From an uncultured virus (IMG/VR IMGVR_UViG_3300023033_000001) (taxonomy: Duplodnaviria > Heunggongvirae > Uroviricota > Caudoviricetes), in the IMG/VR virus record IMGVR_UViG_3300023033_000001: a DNA stretch of 64,000 nucleotides; one strand, written 5' to 3'. Below, piece after piece: positions 19,694 through 29,633 of the stretch (positions are counted from its first letter, which is position 1; each line of letters opens with the position of its first letter). The notes beneath the pieces are model-generated. The model ran no database searches and was not told the DNA's origin. It was given only the letters and a program-made list of their open reading frames with translations. Both the position numbers and the translations under genes were made by a program.

Positions 19694-22069
19694 ATGGCAT
19701 TAGAATCCACACGTACAATTAAAGAACTATCCGAAGAATGCGAAGCACGGAGACTTCACGTGAAACCAACAGGTAAGAATGGCAAATATTTAAAAGAGGA
19801 TTATATACGTGCGTTACGTGCTGATTATCTTGTTGAGCGTTACGGCGAACCGGACGGAGTTCCGTTTCCTTTACGGTTCATGCTGACGATGGACTGTCCG
19901 ATGCTGTGTAAACGATACGCTGCGATTAAGAAACCATCAGAGCAAATTGCCATATGGAAAAACGACGGAAAATACGCAGTTGAAGAGAAAATCGATGGTT
20001 GTTTTCATTATTCAACACCAGTTCTTCTCGCTGATGGAACCACAATGCCCATAGGAGAAATCGTTGAAAAGAAACTTTCAATAGAAGTGCTTTCGTTTGA
20101 TGAAACAACGCAAACACTGGTGCCTAGAAAAGTAGTCAGTTGGTTTGACAATGGGTATAAAAAGGCTTCCCAGTGGTTGAGGTTGAAAAATATAGGCAAG
20201 ACCAACGCACCATTCAGAAATGTTCGCCATCAAGGTGTTTTAATAACTCGTAATCATTCCATTTGGTCGGAAGGAGGATGGTTACCTGCCGAAGCTGCTA
20301 AAACTGTGAACATGATTACTCTTGGCATGAATAAAACACAAAAGCAAGTCATGTATGGATGTGTGCTTGGTGACGGCACGTGTTCGTATTCACGTAAAGA
20401 AGACAAGAACGCTTATTTTCAGTTTGTTCATTCTGTGAAGCAGAAAGACTACTTTGACAAAAAAGCTCTTTTGTTTTCTAGGTTTCCTCACAAAATTTCT
20501 GTAAACACATCTGGCTATGGTTCTGAGATTCATTCGTTTCGTGTAAATGCTTGTGCTGATGCCACAAGTCTTCGGACAAATGGATATTGTGATGGTCATC
20601 GTAAAGTCACACAAAGCTACTTATCCGAAGTTGGAACCCTTGGACTTGCTATATGGTTTATGGATGATGGTTCACGTATAAAAGAAAGAGATGAACTTGC
20701 ATGTCATTCAACAAATAAATTCTCTCGTGCAACCTTCTCAGCTTATCGGTACACTGAAAGTGACGTTCGAGAGCTTGTGTCGTGGTTAAATTCCTATGGC
20801 TATGAGGCGTCTGCTCACATGACAACACGAAAAAGTAAAAATCTTGGGTATGTAATCCAGTTGTCATCCAGTGGGAGTCAGTTATTTTTCAAAGACATCG
20901 CACCATATGTTCCTGTCTCAATGGAATACAAACTGCCTTTGGAGTTTCGTGGGGGACATAAAGAGTGTTGGTGGGATAACAACTCACCGGACTACAAAAC
21001 TGTCTCGACACCTGTTACATGGAGCTTTAATGACCGCAGTAATTGTGACCGTACAATAACATCAACGAAGGCATACGATATTGAAGTAGAAGGATGTCAC
21101 AGCTATGTGGCTAATGGTATGGTCGTTCACAATTCCAGAAGCATCTTGATTTATGATGCAGAACGTAAAGAGTTCGACTTTTACTCGCGCCACAATAGCG
21201 TTACAGACTTTTTGCCTATCTCGTACAAGAGCACTATCCGTACTTTCGGAACATTCACATCAGATACTAACTTCGTTCTCGACTGTGAAATCATCGCAAC
21301 CAATTCAAACACAAAAGCTCGTAAGACATGCACCACTCAGCTTAATTCAACATCTGCTTTGCTTGCGATGAACCCGGCAGAAAGTTTTGAAATTCAAAAG
21401 GATAGTCCGTTGATGTTCGTCATCTTTGACTGCCTTTACGATGGCGTTGATTTGCGTTCGCTTCCGTGGAAGGAACGTCATCCTCATGCCGAACGTCTTG
21501 CGAAAGAACTTTCCGACGCAGGGTTCCTATGCAAGATCAATCCATACGTGCTTGAAAACAAACGTGACTTCTATGAAAACATCATCCGACAGGGCGGGGA
21601 AGGCATTGTTGCAAAATTGGTTGATGCACCTTACACATCAACAACTTCACGAACTAACGATATGATTAAAGTCAAGAGAACCATTCAATGTGATCTGCTC
21701 CGTGATTTGGACGCGTGGGTGTCTGGTTACACAGAAGCAACAAAAGGAAAAGCCAATGAAAACTATATCGGAGGTCTTTGTTTCTCCGTAAAGATTCGTG
21801 ACAAGGAAGGAAACGTATCCGTTCGTGAAATCGGACGTGTTGCAGGTATTCCACAAGATCTCCGTATTGAGATGACTGATTACGACGATAATGGAAACCC
21901 AAAGCTGAAACATGAATACTATGGTCGTGTTGCAACGCTGTCAGGGCAGGACATTTCCGGCGTCAATATGCGAATCACACATTGCACGTTGAAAGAATGG
22001 CGTCCTGATAAAGGACCATCAGACTGTGAAACACTCGAAATGTCTGAATTGGAAAAACTCATTCTGTGA
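19694..22069 (+). CDS. ATP-dependent DNA ligase with a LAGLIDADG intein
   Basis: EKIDG|intein|SR motif I, LDCEI, FVIFDCL, GEGIVAK, IKVK and an OB-fold ending WRPDK; AGGAG SD before ATG 19694. Confidence 0.92.
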   Translation: MALESTRTIKELSEECEARRLHVKPTGKNGKYLKEDYIRALRADYLVERYGEPDGVPFPLRFMLTMDCPMLCKRYAAIKKPSEQIAIWKNDGKYAVEEKIDGCFHYSTPVLLADGTTMPIGEIVEKKLSIEVLSFDETTQTLVPRKVVSWFDNGYKKASQWLRLKNIGKTNAPFRNVRHQGVLITRNHSIWSEGGWLPAEAAKTVNMITLGMNKTQKQVMYGCVLGDGTCSYSRKEDKNAYFQFVHSVKQKDYFDKKALLFSRFPHKISVNTSGYGSEIHSFRVNACADATSLRTNGYCDGHRKVTQSYLSEVGTLGLAIWFMDDGSRIKERDELACHSTNKFSRATFSAYRYTESDVRELVSWLNSYGYEASAHMTTRKSKNLGYVIQLSSSGSQLFFKDIAPYVPVSMEYKLPLEFRGGHKECWWDNNSPDYKTVSTPVTWSFNDRSNCDRTITSTKAYDIEVEGCHSYVANGMVVHNSRSILIYDAERKEFDFYSRHNSVTDFLPISYKSTIRTFGTFTSDTNFVLDCEIIATNSNTKARKTCTTQLNSTSALLAMNPAESFEIQKDSPLMFVIFDCLYDGVDLRSLPWKERHPHAERLAKELSDAGFLCKINPYVLENKRDFYENIIRQGGEGIVAKLVDAPYTSTTSRTNDMIKVKRTIQCDLLRDLDAWVSGYTEATKGKANENYIGGLCFSVKIRDKEGNVSVREIGRVAGIPQDLRIEMTDYDDNGNPKLKHEYYGRVATLSGQDISGVNMRITHCTLKEWRPDKGPSDCETLEMSELEKLIL
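20000..21133 (+). mobile_element. Intein (378 aa) with a LAGLIDADG homing endonuclease, in ligase motif I
   Basis: CFHYSTPVLLADG...TRNH...GCVLGDG...AIWFMDDG...YDIEV...VVHN|S. Confidence 0.93.
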
Positions 22070-22227
22070 TGATTTCACACGTTTAAAGGAACACACAAAA
22101 TAATCGTGGTGCTGACAAACGTCACGAGGATCTCTTGTGTTACACGTTATCTGTGACAACGAAATAATGTCACAGATAACGCATCAGAATCCAGACAAAC
22201 CTAACAAATCACATCACGGAGAAATCA

Positions 22228-25200
22228 ATGTCTGACGAACTTTATACCAATAATGATGAATGGATGGACAACCCTGAGGACATTAACGATAACGACACCG
22301 AAGATAAAGAGGACGTTTCATATCTGTTCAACACACCTGACTTTCTTAAACCAAACACAGACACAGAATCTCAAAATGTAACCTTGTCAACAATCATAAA
22401 TTCAAGATTACAAGGTTATGGAGTTGTCAAGGATTTTGAAAACGAAGACCGTAAAGAAGTGGAAACGTCTCCTGATGAACAGCTTCGTGCTTCACTGAAA
22501 CAGAAGACTTTCTCCAAGTCTGAAATTCAGAGGTCTATTGATGACTTTCGCCGTGAGGTACAAACAAAGATAACGACGAAAGACCTTGTAGACACAATCG
22601 TTGAAGTTGCGTCTGGATACAAATCCAAAGGAGACAAACTTGACCTGCTAGGATGGGATATCCTTGATACGGAAAAGAGACATTATAAGTATGTGCCTTT
22701 ACAAGCAATTACTGATTTCTCACGCCGCGATACGACCATCCGTAAAGCCGTATTTCGTAACAGTTTTGTGAACTTCATTAAAACAGGCGAGAAAAAGTTC
22801 GTTCCTGTTCTCGGCGATGAACTTGTTTCGTTCATAATTGAAGAAGTGTTTCAGTCACCTGACTTGTTACCTGCTTCACAAGGGTACGACATGTTTAGAC
22901 GCATGGCACGTGGTGTACGTGGCGATGGTACTCCATTCTCAGTAAGTGAACTGGCAGACAGCATTAGATTCTCTTGCACACCGGATGCACTGCGTGTCAA
23001 ATTCAATACGCTTGTGTCTCAGAATAAAAACGGCGGTTCGACATTGGTTTCATACTACGCAAAACACAATATCAGTTTGGATAAAGAACAGCTGTCACGT
23101 GATTTTTCTGCACGGATTTCGACCTCCTGCAAGCGTGTTGTCGAAAGCGGTCAGTTCGGTTTTGTTCAAGAAGAAACCATCGACACTTTAAAAGCGATGG
23201 ACTCTATTATTCAAGAGATGATAAAGCGTAACCTTTTCCATGTACTTATAGGACCCGCAGGGTCTGGCAAGGCGATGCCGAAAGACATGAAAATCCCAAC
23301 CCCTGATGGTGAGAAAACTTTTGGAGAACTCAAAGTAGGAGACTTTGTATTTGACCGTAAGGGACACCCAACTAAAGTTTTAGGTGTGTATGATCGTGGC
23401 GTTCGTCCGTGTTTTGAGCTTACTTTTTCAGACGGTAGAAAAACACGTTGCTGTGACGAACATCTGTGGACTTGTTATACTTCAAAAAACAACTTCAAAA
23501 CTCTTACATTAAGGGAGATGATGGAACTTGGAATCCGTCACGAAGGTCGCAAAGAAGGTGCGAGATTCCGTATACCAACAAACGAATGCGTCGAATATGA
23601 GCAAAAGACTTTACCCGTTCACCCGTACATCGTCGGTGCATTCCTCGGTGACGGGTGCTGTAAAGAACTCAACCTTACCTTGTCTTCAGACGACATTCCA
23701 GTAGTGGAGAGGGTAGCAGCTCTCTTAAATGCTACATATAAAAAGACTAGCACACAGAATTATTCATGGATATTCATAAAGAACGGGCACCCACTTAAAA
23801 CTAAGGATGTGTTTAAAGAGGTTGCTCCATGTCTCATACAGGGTTCTAATGACAAGAGGGTTCCTTCAGATTACTTGTACGGTTCCCGTGAACAAAGAAT
23901 TGCTCTTCTTCAAGGACTGTTCGACACAGACGGGAGTGTGTCATACAGGTCAAACGGGATGGCAAACTTCTCAACAACAAGTAAAACTCTGTATGAAAAT
24001 GTGTCTTACCTGCTGAGAAGTCTTGGTGTGCAGGTTTCAAACAAGTCAAAACCTGTATGCCGTGGACGGGTAAAACATGACGGTACATGTTCAGTCGATT
24101 ATACGCTCATTACTTACTTAAAACCAGAACAGTTTGAAATGTGTTTCTCCTTGCCTAGACAGTTAGACAAGCTAAAAACAGTATATGGCACTTTCAAACA
24201 ACCTGCAAAACGTACCGACCGTGTTGCCTTAGTTGATGTGCGTGAGGTTGAACCTTGTGAACAACAATGCATTTTAGTCGATAATGAAGAACATCTATTT
24301 CTCGCCAACGATTTCATCGTTACACACAACACACATAAAGCAGTCAATGAATACTTCCCGACTCTGGAACAAAAACGAGGTAAAGGGACGTTGCTCGTAT
24401 CTCTATCCACATTGGTTGCAATCAATGGAGCTGATCGTGCAACAAAACGTAATAAACCAACCAATCCTTGTTCCATTACCATGTTCAACTTCTGTAATAA
24501 AAATCCTCTTCGTTGTGCATGGGTTACTGGGTATGACACTTACTGTATTGACGAGTTCTCACAGTGGGGACTTGAGCAGCTTGACACGTTCATGTCGATA
24601 TTAAAAAGAGCTTATCAAGAGCGTTCAAACCTTGTTATTCTTGGTGACCTTGTTCAGATAGGAACATTCCTTGGCAGAGGAAATCTGCTGTACATGCTGA
24701 CTGCTAATTACCCATACACGGAACTAAGCACAAACCACAGAATTAAGGACGCAAGAATCAGCGAGGTCATTGACGATATAAGAATCAGACAGACACGCTC
24801 TTTTGAACCATTTCGGATGGATCTTATTTCATTACAAGCCTTCCTGCACAAGAAACCCTCTAAAAGTGAAATGTGTATCACTGGAAGCAACGCGTATGCC
24901 GGACTTGTGAACGAACTAAAACTGGAAGCAGAACTTAGACAATCCATTAACGACAAACTTCCGAACTTCTATGTGCCATCAGGAACCTCCGACTGGAATG
25001 ATTATGACGTATGGAATCAAAACGAAGAATGGATTCGAACACGAATGAAAAAAACATCATTGAAGGTACGACCGAAAGAGAACTACAGATTTGAACAAGG
25101 AATCGGTAAAAGCCTTCGTGCGTCATACAGCACAAAGTTTTTACGAAATGAAACATGCATTGCAATGATGTCATCAGAGTTTACCGTATGCGTCACTTCA

Positions 25201-25569
25201 TGTGTATTCAAAACAAACGGAGTCTTCAAGACAGCAAACATTTCGTGGGGAGACTTCATTCAAAATTTCGTTCCATATTATGCAATCACTGTGAACAAAG
25301 CACAAGGGCTTGAATGGGATGACGTAGTTGTTCTGTACGGAAATCCTGAAAAATTGGACGAACGTCAAGGTGCATATGTTCCAAAGAAGAACTACAACCT
25401 AAACAGTTCTGATGCAGTACAAGCAACCTACGTTGCCATATCAAGACCACGTGAAACATTACGAATTTATTACGATGGAGTACGGACAACAAAACAAAAC
25501 ACACCCGTGTTCGCAAATCATCTGGACATCCTTAAAGAATTAGAACTTACTGTTACAAAAGGAGCTTAA
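22228..25569 (+). CDS. RecD/Dda-like SF1B helicase with an intein in Walker A
   Basis: GPAGSGK|intein|T, IDEFSQ, LGDLVQI, NHR, YAITVNKAQGLEW and YVAISRPR. Confidence 0.9.
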   Translation: MSDELYTNNDEWMDNPEDINDNDTEDKEDVSYLFNTPDFLKPNTDTESQNVTLSTIINSRLQGYGVVKDFENEDRKEVETSPDEQLRASLKQKTFSKSEIQRSIDDFRREVQTKITTKDLVDTIVEVASGYKSKGDKLDLLGWDILDTEKRHYKYVPLQAITDFSRRDTTIRKAVFRNSFVNFIKTGEKKFVPVLGDELVSFIIEEVFQSPDLLPASQGYDMFRRMARGVRGDGTPFSVSELADSIRFSCTPDALRVKFNTLVSQNKNGGSTLVSYYAKHNISLDKEQLSRDFSARISTSCKRVVESGQFGFVQEETIDTLKAMDSIIQEMIKRNLFHVLIGPAGSGKAMPKDMKIPTPDGEKTFGELKVGDFVFDRKGHPTKVLGVYDRGVRPCFELTFSDGRKTRCCDEHLWTCYTSKNNFKTLTLREMMELGIRHEGRKEGARFRIPTNECVEYEQKTLPVHPYIVGAFLGDGCCKELNLTLSSDDIPVVERVAALLNATYKKTSTQNYSWIFIKNGHPLKTKDVFKEVAPCLIQGSNDKRVPSDYLYGSREQRIALLQGLFDTDGSVSYRSNGMANFSTTSKTLYENVSYLLRSLGVQVSNKSKPVCRGRVKHDGTCSVDYTLITYLKPEQFEMCFSLPRQLDKLKTVYGTFKQPAKRTDRVALVDVREVEPCEQQCILVDNEEHLFLANDFIVTHNTHKAVNEYFPTLEQKRGKGTLLVSLSTLVAINGADRATKRNKPTNPCSITMFNFCNKNPLRCAWVTGYDTYCIDEFSQWGLEQLDTFMSILKRAYQERSNLVILGDLVQIGTFLGRGNLLYMLTANYPYTELSTNHRIKDARISEVIDDIRIRQTRSFEPFRMDLISLQAFLHKKPSKSEMCITGSNAYAGLVNELKLEAELRQSINDKLPNFYVPSGTSDWNDYDVWNQNEEWIRTRMKKTSLKVRPKENYRFEQGIGKSLRASYSTKFLRNETCIAMMSSEFTVCVTSCVFKTNGVFKTANISWGDFIQNFVPYYAITVNKAQGLEWDDVVVLYGNPEKLDERQGAYVPKKNYNLNSSDAVQATYVAISRPRETLRIYYDGVRTTKQNTPVFANHLDILKELELTVTKGA
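23272..24330 (+). mobile_element. Ala-start class-3-type intein (353 aa) with a LAGLIDADG domain
   Basis: AMPKDMKIPTPDG; block B HLW, block F QQCILVD, block G FIVTHN|T (the W-C-T triad); GAFLGDG and QGLFDTDG. Confidence 0.9.
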
Positions 25570-25572
25570 AGC

Positions 25573-26337
25573 ATGAAGTATTTCGCAACTAAAGAACAGG
25601 CAAACATTTACTCAAAAGAAAATGGCGGGTTTGTTTGCAAGATGGAGAACCATGACATCTATGTTGTCCTTCCGACTGACGATAATGACTATGATGAAGT
25701 GTCCATCATCAGAAGAACCTTTGAAGTGAAGAAAAAAGATGAAGAACAGAAGACATCCCGATTGATTCCCGTGTGGTTACTTGGAGAATCACAAACACCT
25801 TCGCTCTTTTCCGTACCTGATTCTATTGATGGTGTTGATGAAAGAAAATGGGCACATTTTTTAGCCGTCCTGTCATTAAGCATTTGGTCACAGGATCATA
25901 AGGAAGACAGACCTTATATTCTTTGCAACGGATTGATGCCGGATGTTTGCATAAATTATTACGTAACATGCACACAGGACGAACTAAAACTGTGTAGATG
26001 TGATGATTCAAAAATCGTAGAGACCGTAAACAAACCACCGTATACTACTGATGGTTACCGTCCAGAATTCGGTCTGACTCCGTGGATTACACTATGCGAT
26101 GCATTGAATAACGAAATAGAAAACCATAAAGCAAACAACGAAAAACACGCAGACCTTATGAATCTTAAAAAAGATATCATCAATGCGTTGGAAGCCTTTT
26201 GGGACAATATCAAGACATATCTTGAGACAGAAGACATTAACAAAACGGAGATGTTTGACTCCATAGATGATTTCGCACATAAAATGAAAACAGGTATCAA
26301 GAACCTTACGCCGAAAGGACAGAAAACACTTTTTTGA
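25573..26337 (+). CDS. Hypothetical protein
   Basis: 254-aa ORF coupled to the helicase. Confidence 0.75.
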   Translation: MKYFATKEQANIYSKENGGFVCKMENHDIYVVLPTDDNDYDEVSIIRRTFEVKKKDEEQKTSRLIPVWLLGESQTPSLFSVPDSIDGVDERKWAHFLAVLSLSIWSQDHKEDRPYILCNGLMPDVCINYYVTCTQDELKLCRCDDSKIVETVNKPPYTTDGYRPEFGLTPWITLCDALNNEIENHKANNEKHADLMNLKKDIINALEAFWDNIKTYLETEDINKTEMFDSIDDFAHKMKTGIKNLTPKGQKTLF

Positions 26338-26357
26338 GTCTCATAGGTATACTTGAC

Positions 26358-26406
26358 CAGAGGGCGAGCCGCAAGCCCACCTGCCTTTAGGCGGTGGGTA
26401 GTTCAC
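26358..26406 (+). mobile_element. 49-bp single-hairpin LE-RE mini-element
   Basis: TTGAC|CAGAGGGCGAGCCGCAAGCCCACCTGCCTTTAGGCGGTGGGTAGTTCAC. Confidence 0.8.
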
Positions 26407-26719
26407 TTTGGATTCAAAAGGTCGAAAATTTGACACGTTACCATTAAGCGGTAAAAAGGGTTCATCAGACGTGAGAAGCGAGTAACGTCTGATGAACCCT
26501 TTAACTTTTTGCAGGAGTACGACCATGAAAGAATTTTTTGAAAAATACATCATCAATACTGAAGCAGCCATGAGTGGTGAATGGACTGATTATGATGCAT
26601 TCTGGTCTGCCGTGTGTCTCATGGTCGGACTGGTTGGTTTCATGGTGGCTGTGATTCTCATGTGAACGATTCCTGAGGGCGAAATAAAATCACATCCATA
26701 GAGTGGTCAGGTTTGCCTT

Positions 26720-26793
26720 GTACTAAAAAGTTACAAGCCTACCCTAGTAAATACATGGGTAAAATAAAAAATAGCGTAGAACGCAAATTAGAG
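26720..26793 (+). repeat. About 74-bp dispersed repeat, copy 1
   Basis: gtactaaaaagttac..taccct.gtaaataca...aaaatagcgta.aacgcaaa.taga matches the reverse complement of 53222-53294. Confidence 0.75.
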
Positions 26794-26823
26794 GCATTCT
26801 ACGCTATTTTTTATTTTACCCAT
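26755..26823. terminator. 27-bp perfect inverted repeat (terminator or cruciform)
   Basis: atgggtaaaataaaaaatagcgtagaa at 26755-26781 and its reverse complement at 26797-26823; lies just past the stop of the minus-strand 26839 gene. Confidence 0.7.
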
Positions 26824-26838
26824 AAAAGGGTGTCGGAA

Positions 26839-27627
26839 TTAACGACGGCCTCTCGGAGCCGGACGACGGGGAGCTTCTTTACGCTCTTCGTTGCGAGCAC
26901 GTTTGAGAGCCTGACGACGTTTGAATGCTTCCATACGCTGTTCCATATCACGACGAATTTTACGCTGACGGAAAGATTCTTTAGCTTCCTTGTCATCATC
27001 TTTGTCTTCATCTTCGCCATCTTCGTCTTCAGGATTGAAATATTCTTCAAGACTTTCAGCGAGTTCAGCATCCACATCTTCTTCTGTCTGTTCAAGAGAA
27101 ACTTCAACGCTGTTTTCATCATCCAGGTCAATGATGATTTTTGCACCGTCTTCATCGACTTTGACAGGAACTTCAGCATCATCCATCATGCAGATAGCTT
27201 CGGATTCAGGAAGGTTTTCTTTTTCTTCATCATCGTATTCTTTTTCAGGGCAGTCATAGCCTTTAAGGGCATCAACAACCTTGTCAACGATGTCTGCAAC
27301 TTCCATTGTGTCGATAAGATTCTCAGCCTTGTCGTCTTCTTTCTCGTCTTCTTCATAACGGCGAGCACGGAGCGATCGACGGGCAATAATTTCATCACGT
27401 TCCAAACGACGTGCAGGGCGTCGAAGGTTACCAACTTTGTGACGCGTCGAGCGTTCTTCACGAGCATCACGTTCCAAACGACGTGCAGGGCGAACAGTAC
27501 GTGCATGGCGTTCTTCACGTTCATCTTTACGGAAATTTACGATTGTACGGCGTGCAGGACGTTCCTCACGTTCTTCACTACGAATACGGCTAACTCTACG
27601 AATGTTGTTTTTGCGAATCATAATCAT
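26839..27627 (-). CDS. Arg-rich / acidic low-complexity protein (head scaffold or internal protein candidate)
   Basis: RPARRLERD repeats, D/E-rich core, Arg-rich tail; GAGGAG SD. Confidence 0.7.
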   Translation of the reverse strand: MIMIRKNNIRRVSRIRSEEREERPARRTIVNFRKDEREERHARTVRPARRLERDAREERSTRHKVGNLRRPARRLERDEIIARRSLRARRYEEDEKEDDKAENLIDTMEVADIVDKVVDALKGYDCPEKEYDDEEKENLPESEAICMMDDAEVPVKVDEDGAKIIIDLDDENSVEVSLEQTEEDVDAELAESLEEYFNPEDEDGEDEDKDDDKEAKESFRQRKIRRDMEQRMEAFKRRQALKRARNEERKEAPRRPAPRGRR

Positions 27628-27710
27628 TCTCCTCACAGAAATTTCGCGAATCTTCTGTCGTGTTTAAGGCGAAACACGAAACCAACGAACTGTTTGATAT
27701 ACCAAGGTCT

Positions 27711-29213
27711 TTAACAAGACAATGATTTTGTGAAACTGTTTTCACCGAAAGTCAATGTTACAGTACCTGTTCCTGAATGGGCAAACATACCCTGCACAGT
27801 CACAACGTCTTCACCTGTTTGAAACACAGCCATCGGAGGGAACATCATCATGGAATCGTCAGACACGTCGATATAAAGAGTTTTACGACGGTCAACAGGA
27901 CGGTCAAGTTTCACGTGAAGTGAAAAAGTTTCTCCGACAACAATATCATCTGTAGCAGTGACATGAGCTATTGTGTATGGGAACTTTTCTTCATCGACAC
28001 GACATGAAATTTCCTTATCGTTAAAATGTGCGGTAATTTCGTTTTCGTCATCCCAGATAACTACCGTAAAACTTTTCTCTTGCTCGTATGCATCAAACAC
28101 AATTCTCTCCGGACAAACCATAAGACGATCAACAGAAAGCCGAACGATTGTCTGTTCAGTAACTTTTCGTGAAAACTTCAATTTCATTTCAAGGGGTTTT
28201 CCGACTGATATGGTTTCCGTCTCGCATGTAAATGACTCAAACTCCAATGGATATTCTGCCACCGTTACCTTTTTCTCTACGGTCTTTCCGTTATAGCTTG
28301 CACGGACAACAGTTTCAAGACCATAGAAGCTGTCAGAGAATGAAGCCTCTGTTTCTCCTTTATTTACGACAACAACGAGACTTGCTATTCCAAGTTCGTC
28401 TTCACATTCAACACGGAACAGCATGTCGAAAGGGGCTGCTTTAGGCAACACAATTTTTCCTTCAATGGATGAGGCATCAGAAAGCACGCTTTCAGGCAGC
28501 TCCAAGTCAAATACCGTTTTAGTGTAAGGACAGTCAGACAGACAAATACGATGGCACACTTTACAGAAGCAAGGAACGTCAGGATAAGTAGGATCAATAG
28601 TCGGATCATCACCAGTCCCAGGAGTGTCACCGGTGTCGGTAGGCGGAAGGTCATCCGTTGGTGTGTCCTCATCGTGACAATGACAGTAAAGATGTTCGTA
28701 TCCCCAATGACCAAGCATGGATTCTCCACAGTCTTTTCCTTTACATCCTTCACATCCATCTTCACAGGTACATGGATTATAAAGATGTGAGTAATCATGC
28801 CAATCGTTAGGATTAGGCAAATCCTTCATATCATCAGCATTTGGAATGAAATCGCTTTCATCAGATGTACTCGAAGAGTCGGTACTTGTATTGTCGGAAC
28901 TTGAATCTGATGAAGACGTACCTGAACCGTCTGCTGTTTCACTTACTGTTCCTTTACGTAAGTACTCTGGAATAAACGTACCTCGGTATATTTTATCCTC
29001 ACTTACGTAATGCTTTTTCTCGTATGGTGCTAAGTTTAGTGGATCGGATGAAACAACAATGCAATGCTCATACATGCCGTTAGTCAGCTCTACCAGAACG
29101 CGGTCGCCTTGTGTAAAGGACTCCGACTCCACGACCTTGTAGAGTTTTCGGTAAACGGCATCATGTGTAATTGTCAAATGCGATTCACGTCTTCGTACAA
29201 AATCAATTCCCAT
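27711..29213 (-). CDS. Protein with a Ser-rich linker, Cys/His clusters and three Ig-like repeats
   Basis: Repeated beta-rich units (V.L..P.......V.......P...VF..GE..) in the C-terminal half. Confidence 0.65.
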   Translation of the reverse strand: MGIDFVRRRESHLTITHDAVYRKLYKVVESESFTQGDRVLVELTNGMYEHCIVVSSDPLNLAPYEKKHYVSEDKIYRGTFIPEYLRKGTVSETADGSGTSSSDSSSDNTSTDSSSTSDESDFIPNADDMKDLPNPNDWHDYSHLYNPCTCEDGCEGCKGKDCGESMLGHWGYEHLYCHCHDEDTPTDDLPPTDTGDTPGTGDDPTIDPTYPDVPCFCKVCHRICLSDCPYTKTVFDLELPESVLSDASSIEGKIVLPKAAPFDMLFRVECEDELGIASLVVVVNKGETEASFSDSFYGLETVVRASYNGKTVEKKVTVAEYPLEFESFTCETETISVGKPLEMKLKFSRKVTEQTIVRLSVDRLMVCPERIVFDAYEQEKSFTVVIWDDENEITAHFNDKEISCRVDEEKFPYTIAHVTATDDIVVGETFSLHVKLDRPVDRRKTLYIDVSDDSMMMFPPMAVFQTGEDVVTVQGMFAHSGTGTVTLTFGENSFTKSLSC

Positions 29214-29480
29214 AGTCACTCCGATCCATCTTTATTCACCATTAATAACTAATGGCTACTATTAAATCACACCAAAACTGGTGTGGAGGGATCTCTCATC
29301 GCAAGAAATATCTGCTTAAACAGGATGTTTCTTGCTCCGTTTATATCTCTGTCATGCACACGCTAGAAAGTTGGTGGCAGGAAACTATATCCAGTACAGA
29401 AGATACCACGTATTACCATCGCCACCAACGTCAGAATGGTAAAGAATACAACGGCACAGAAGACGCCTAGAAGAATGTTT

Positions 29481-29633
29481 AAAAACGCATCCATGTCGTT
29501 CACATTCCTGTACCTCTTCACAGGTATCACAAGGTTTCGTACAATCATTCCCGTCATCCTTGACCAGACAAATCATATCACAAACATTTCCAATGAACCC
29601 TTCCATCTTCAAATCCATTCTCACGTTTGTTTG
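29481..29633. repeat. About 150-bp imperfect direct repeat, copy B (RE flank and guide source)
   Basis: Aligns with 31166-31315; 47/48 identical over 29586-29633. Confidence 0.9.

Noticed and set aside
26713..27714. 333-aa + strand ORF (likewise 47581-48702 +)
   Set aside because: Antisense shadows of minus-strand genes with biased codon use; no SD and implausible composition.
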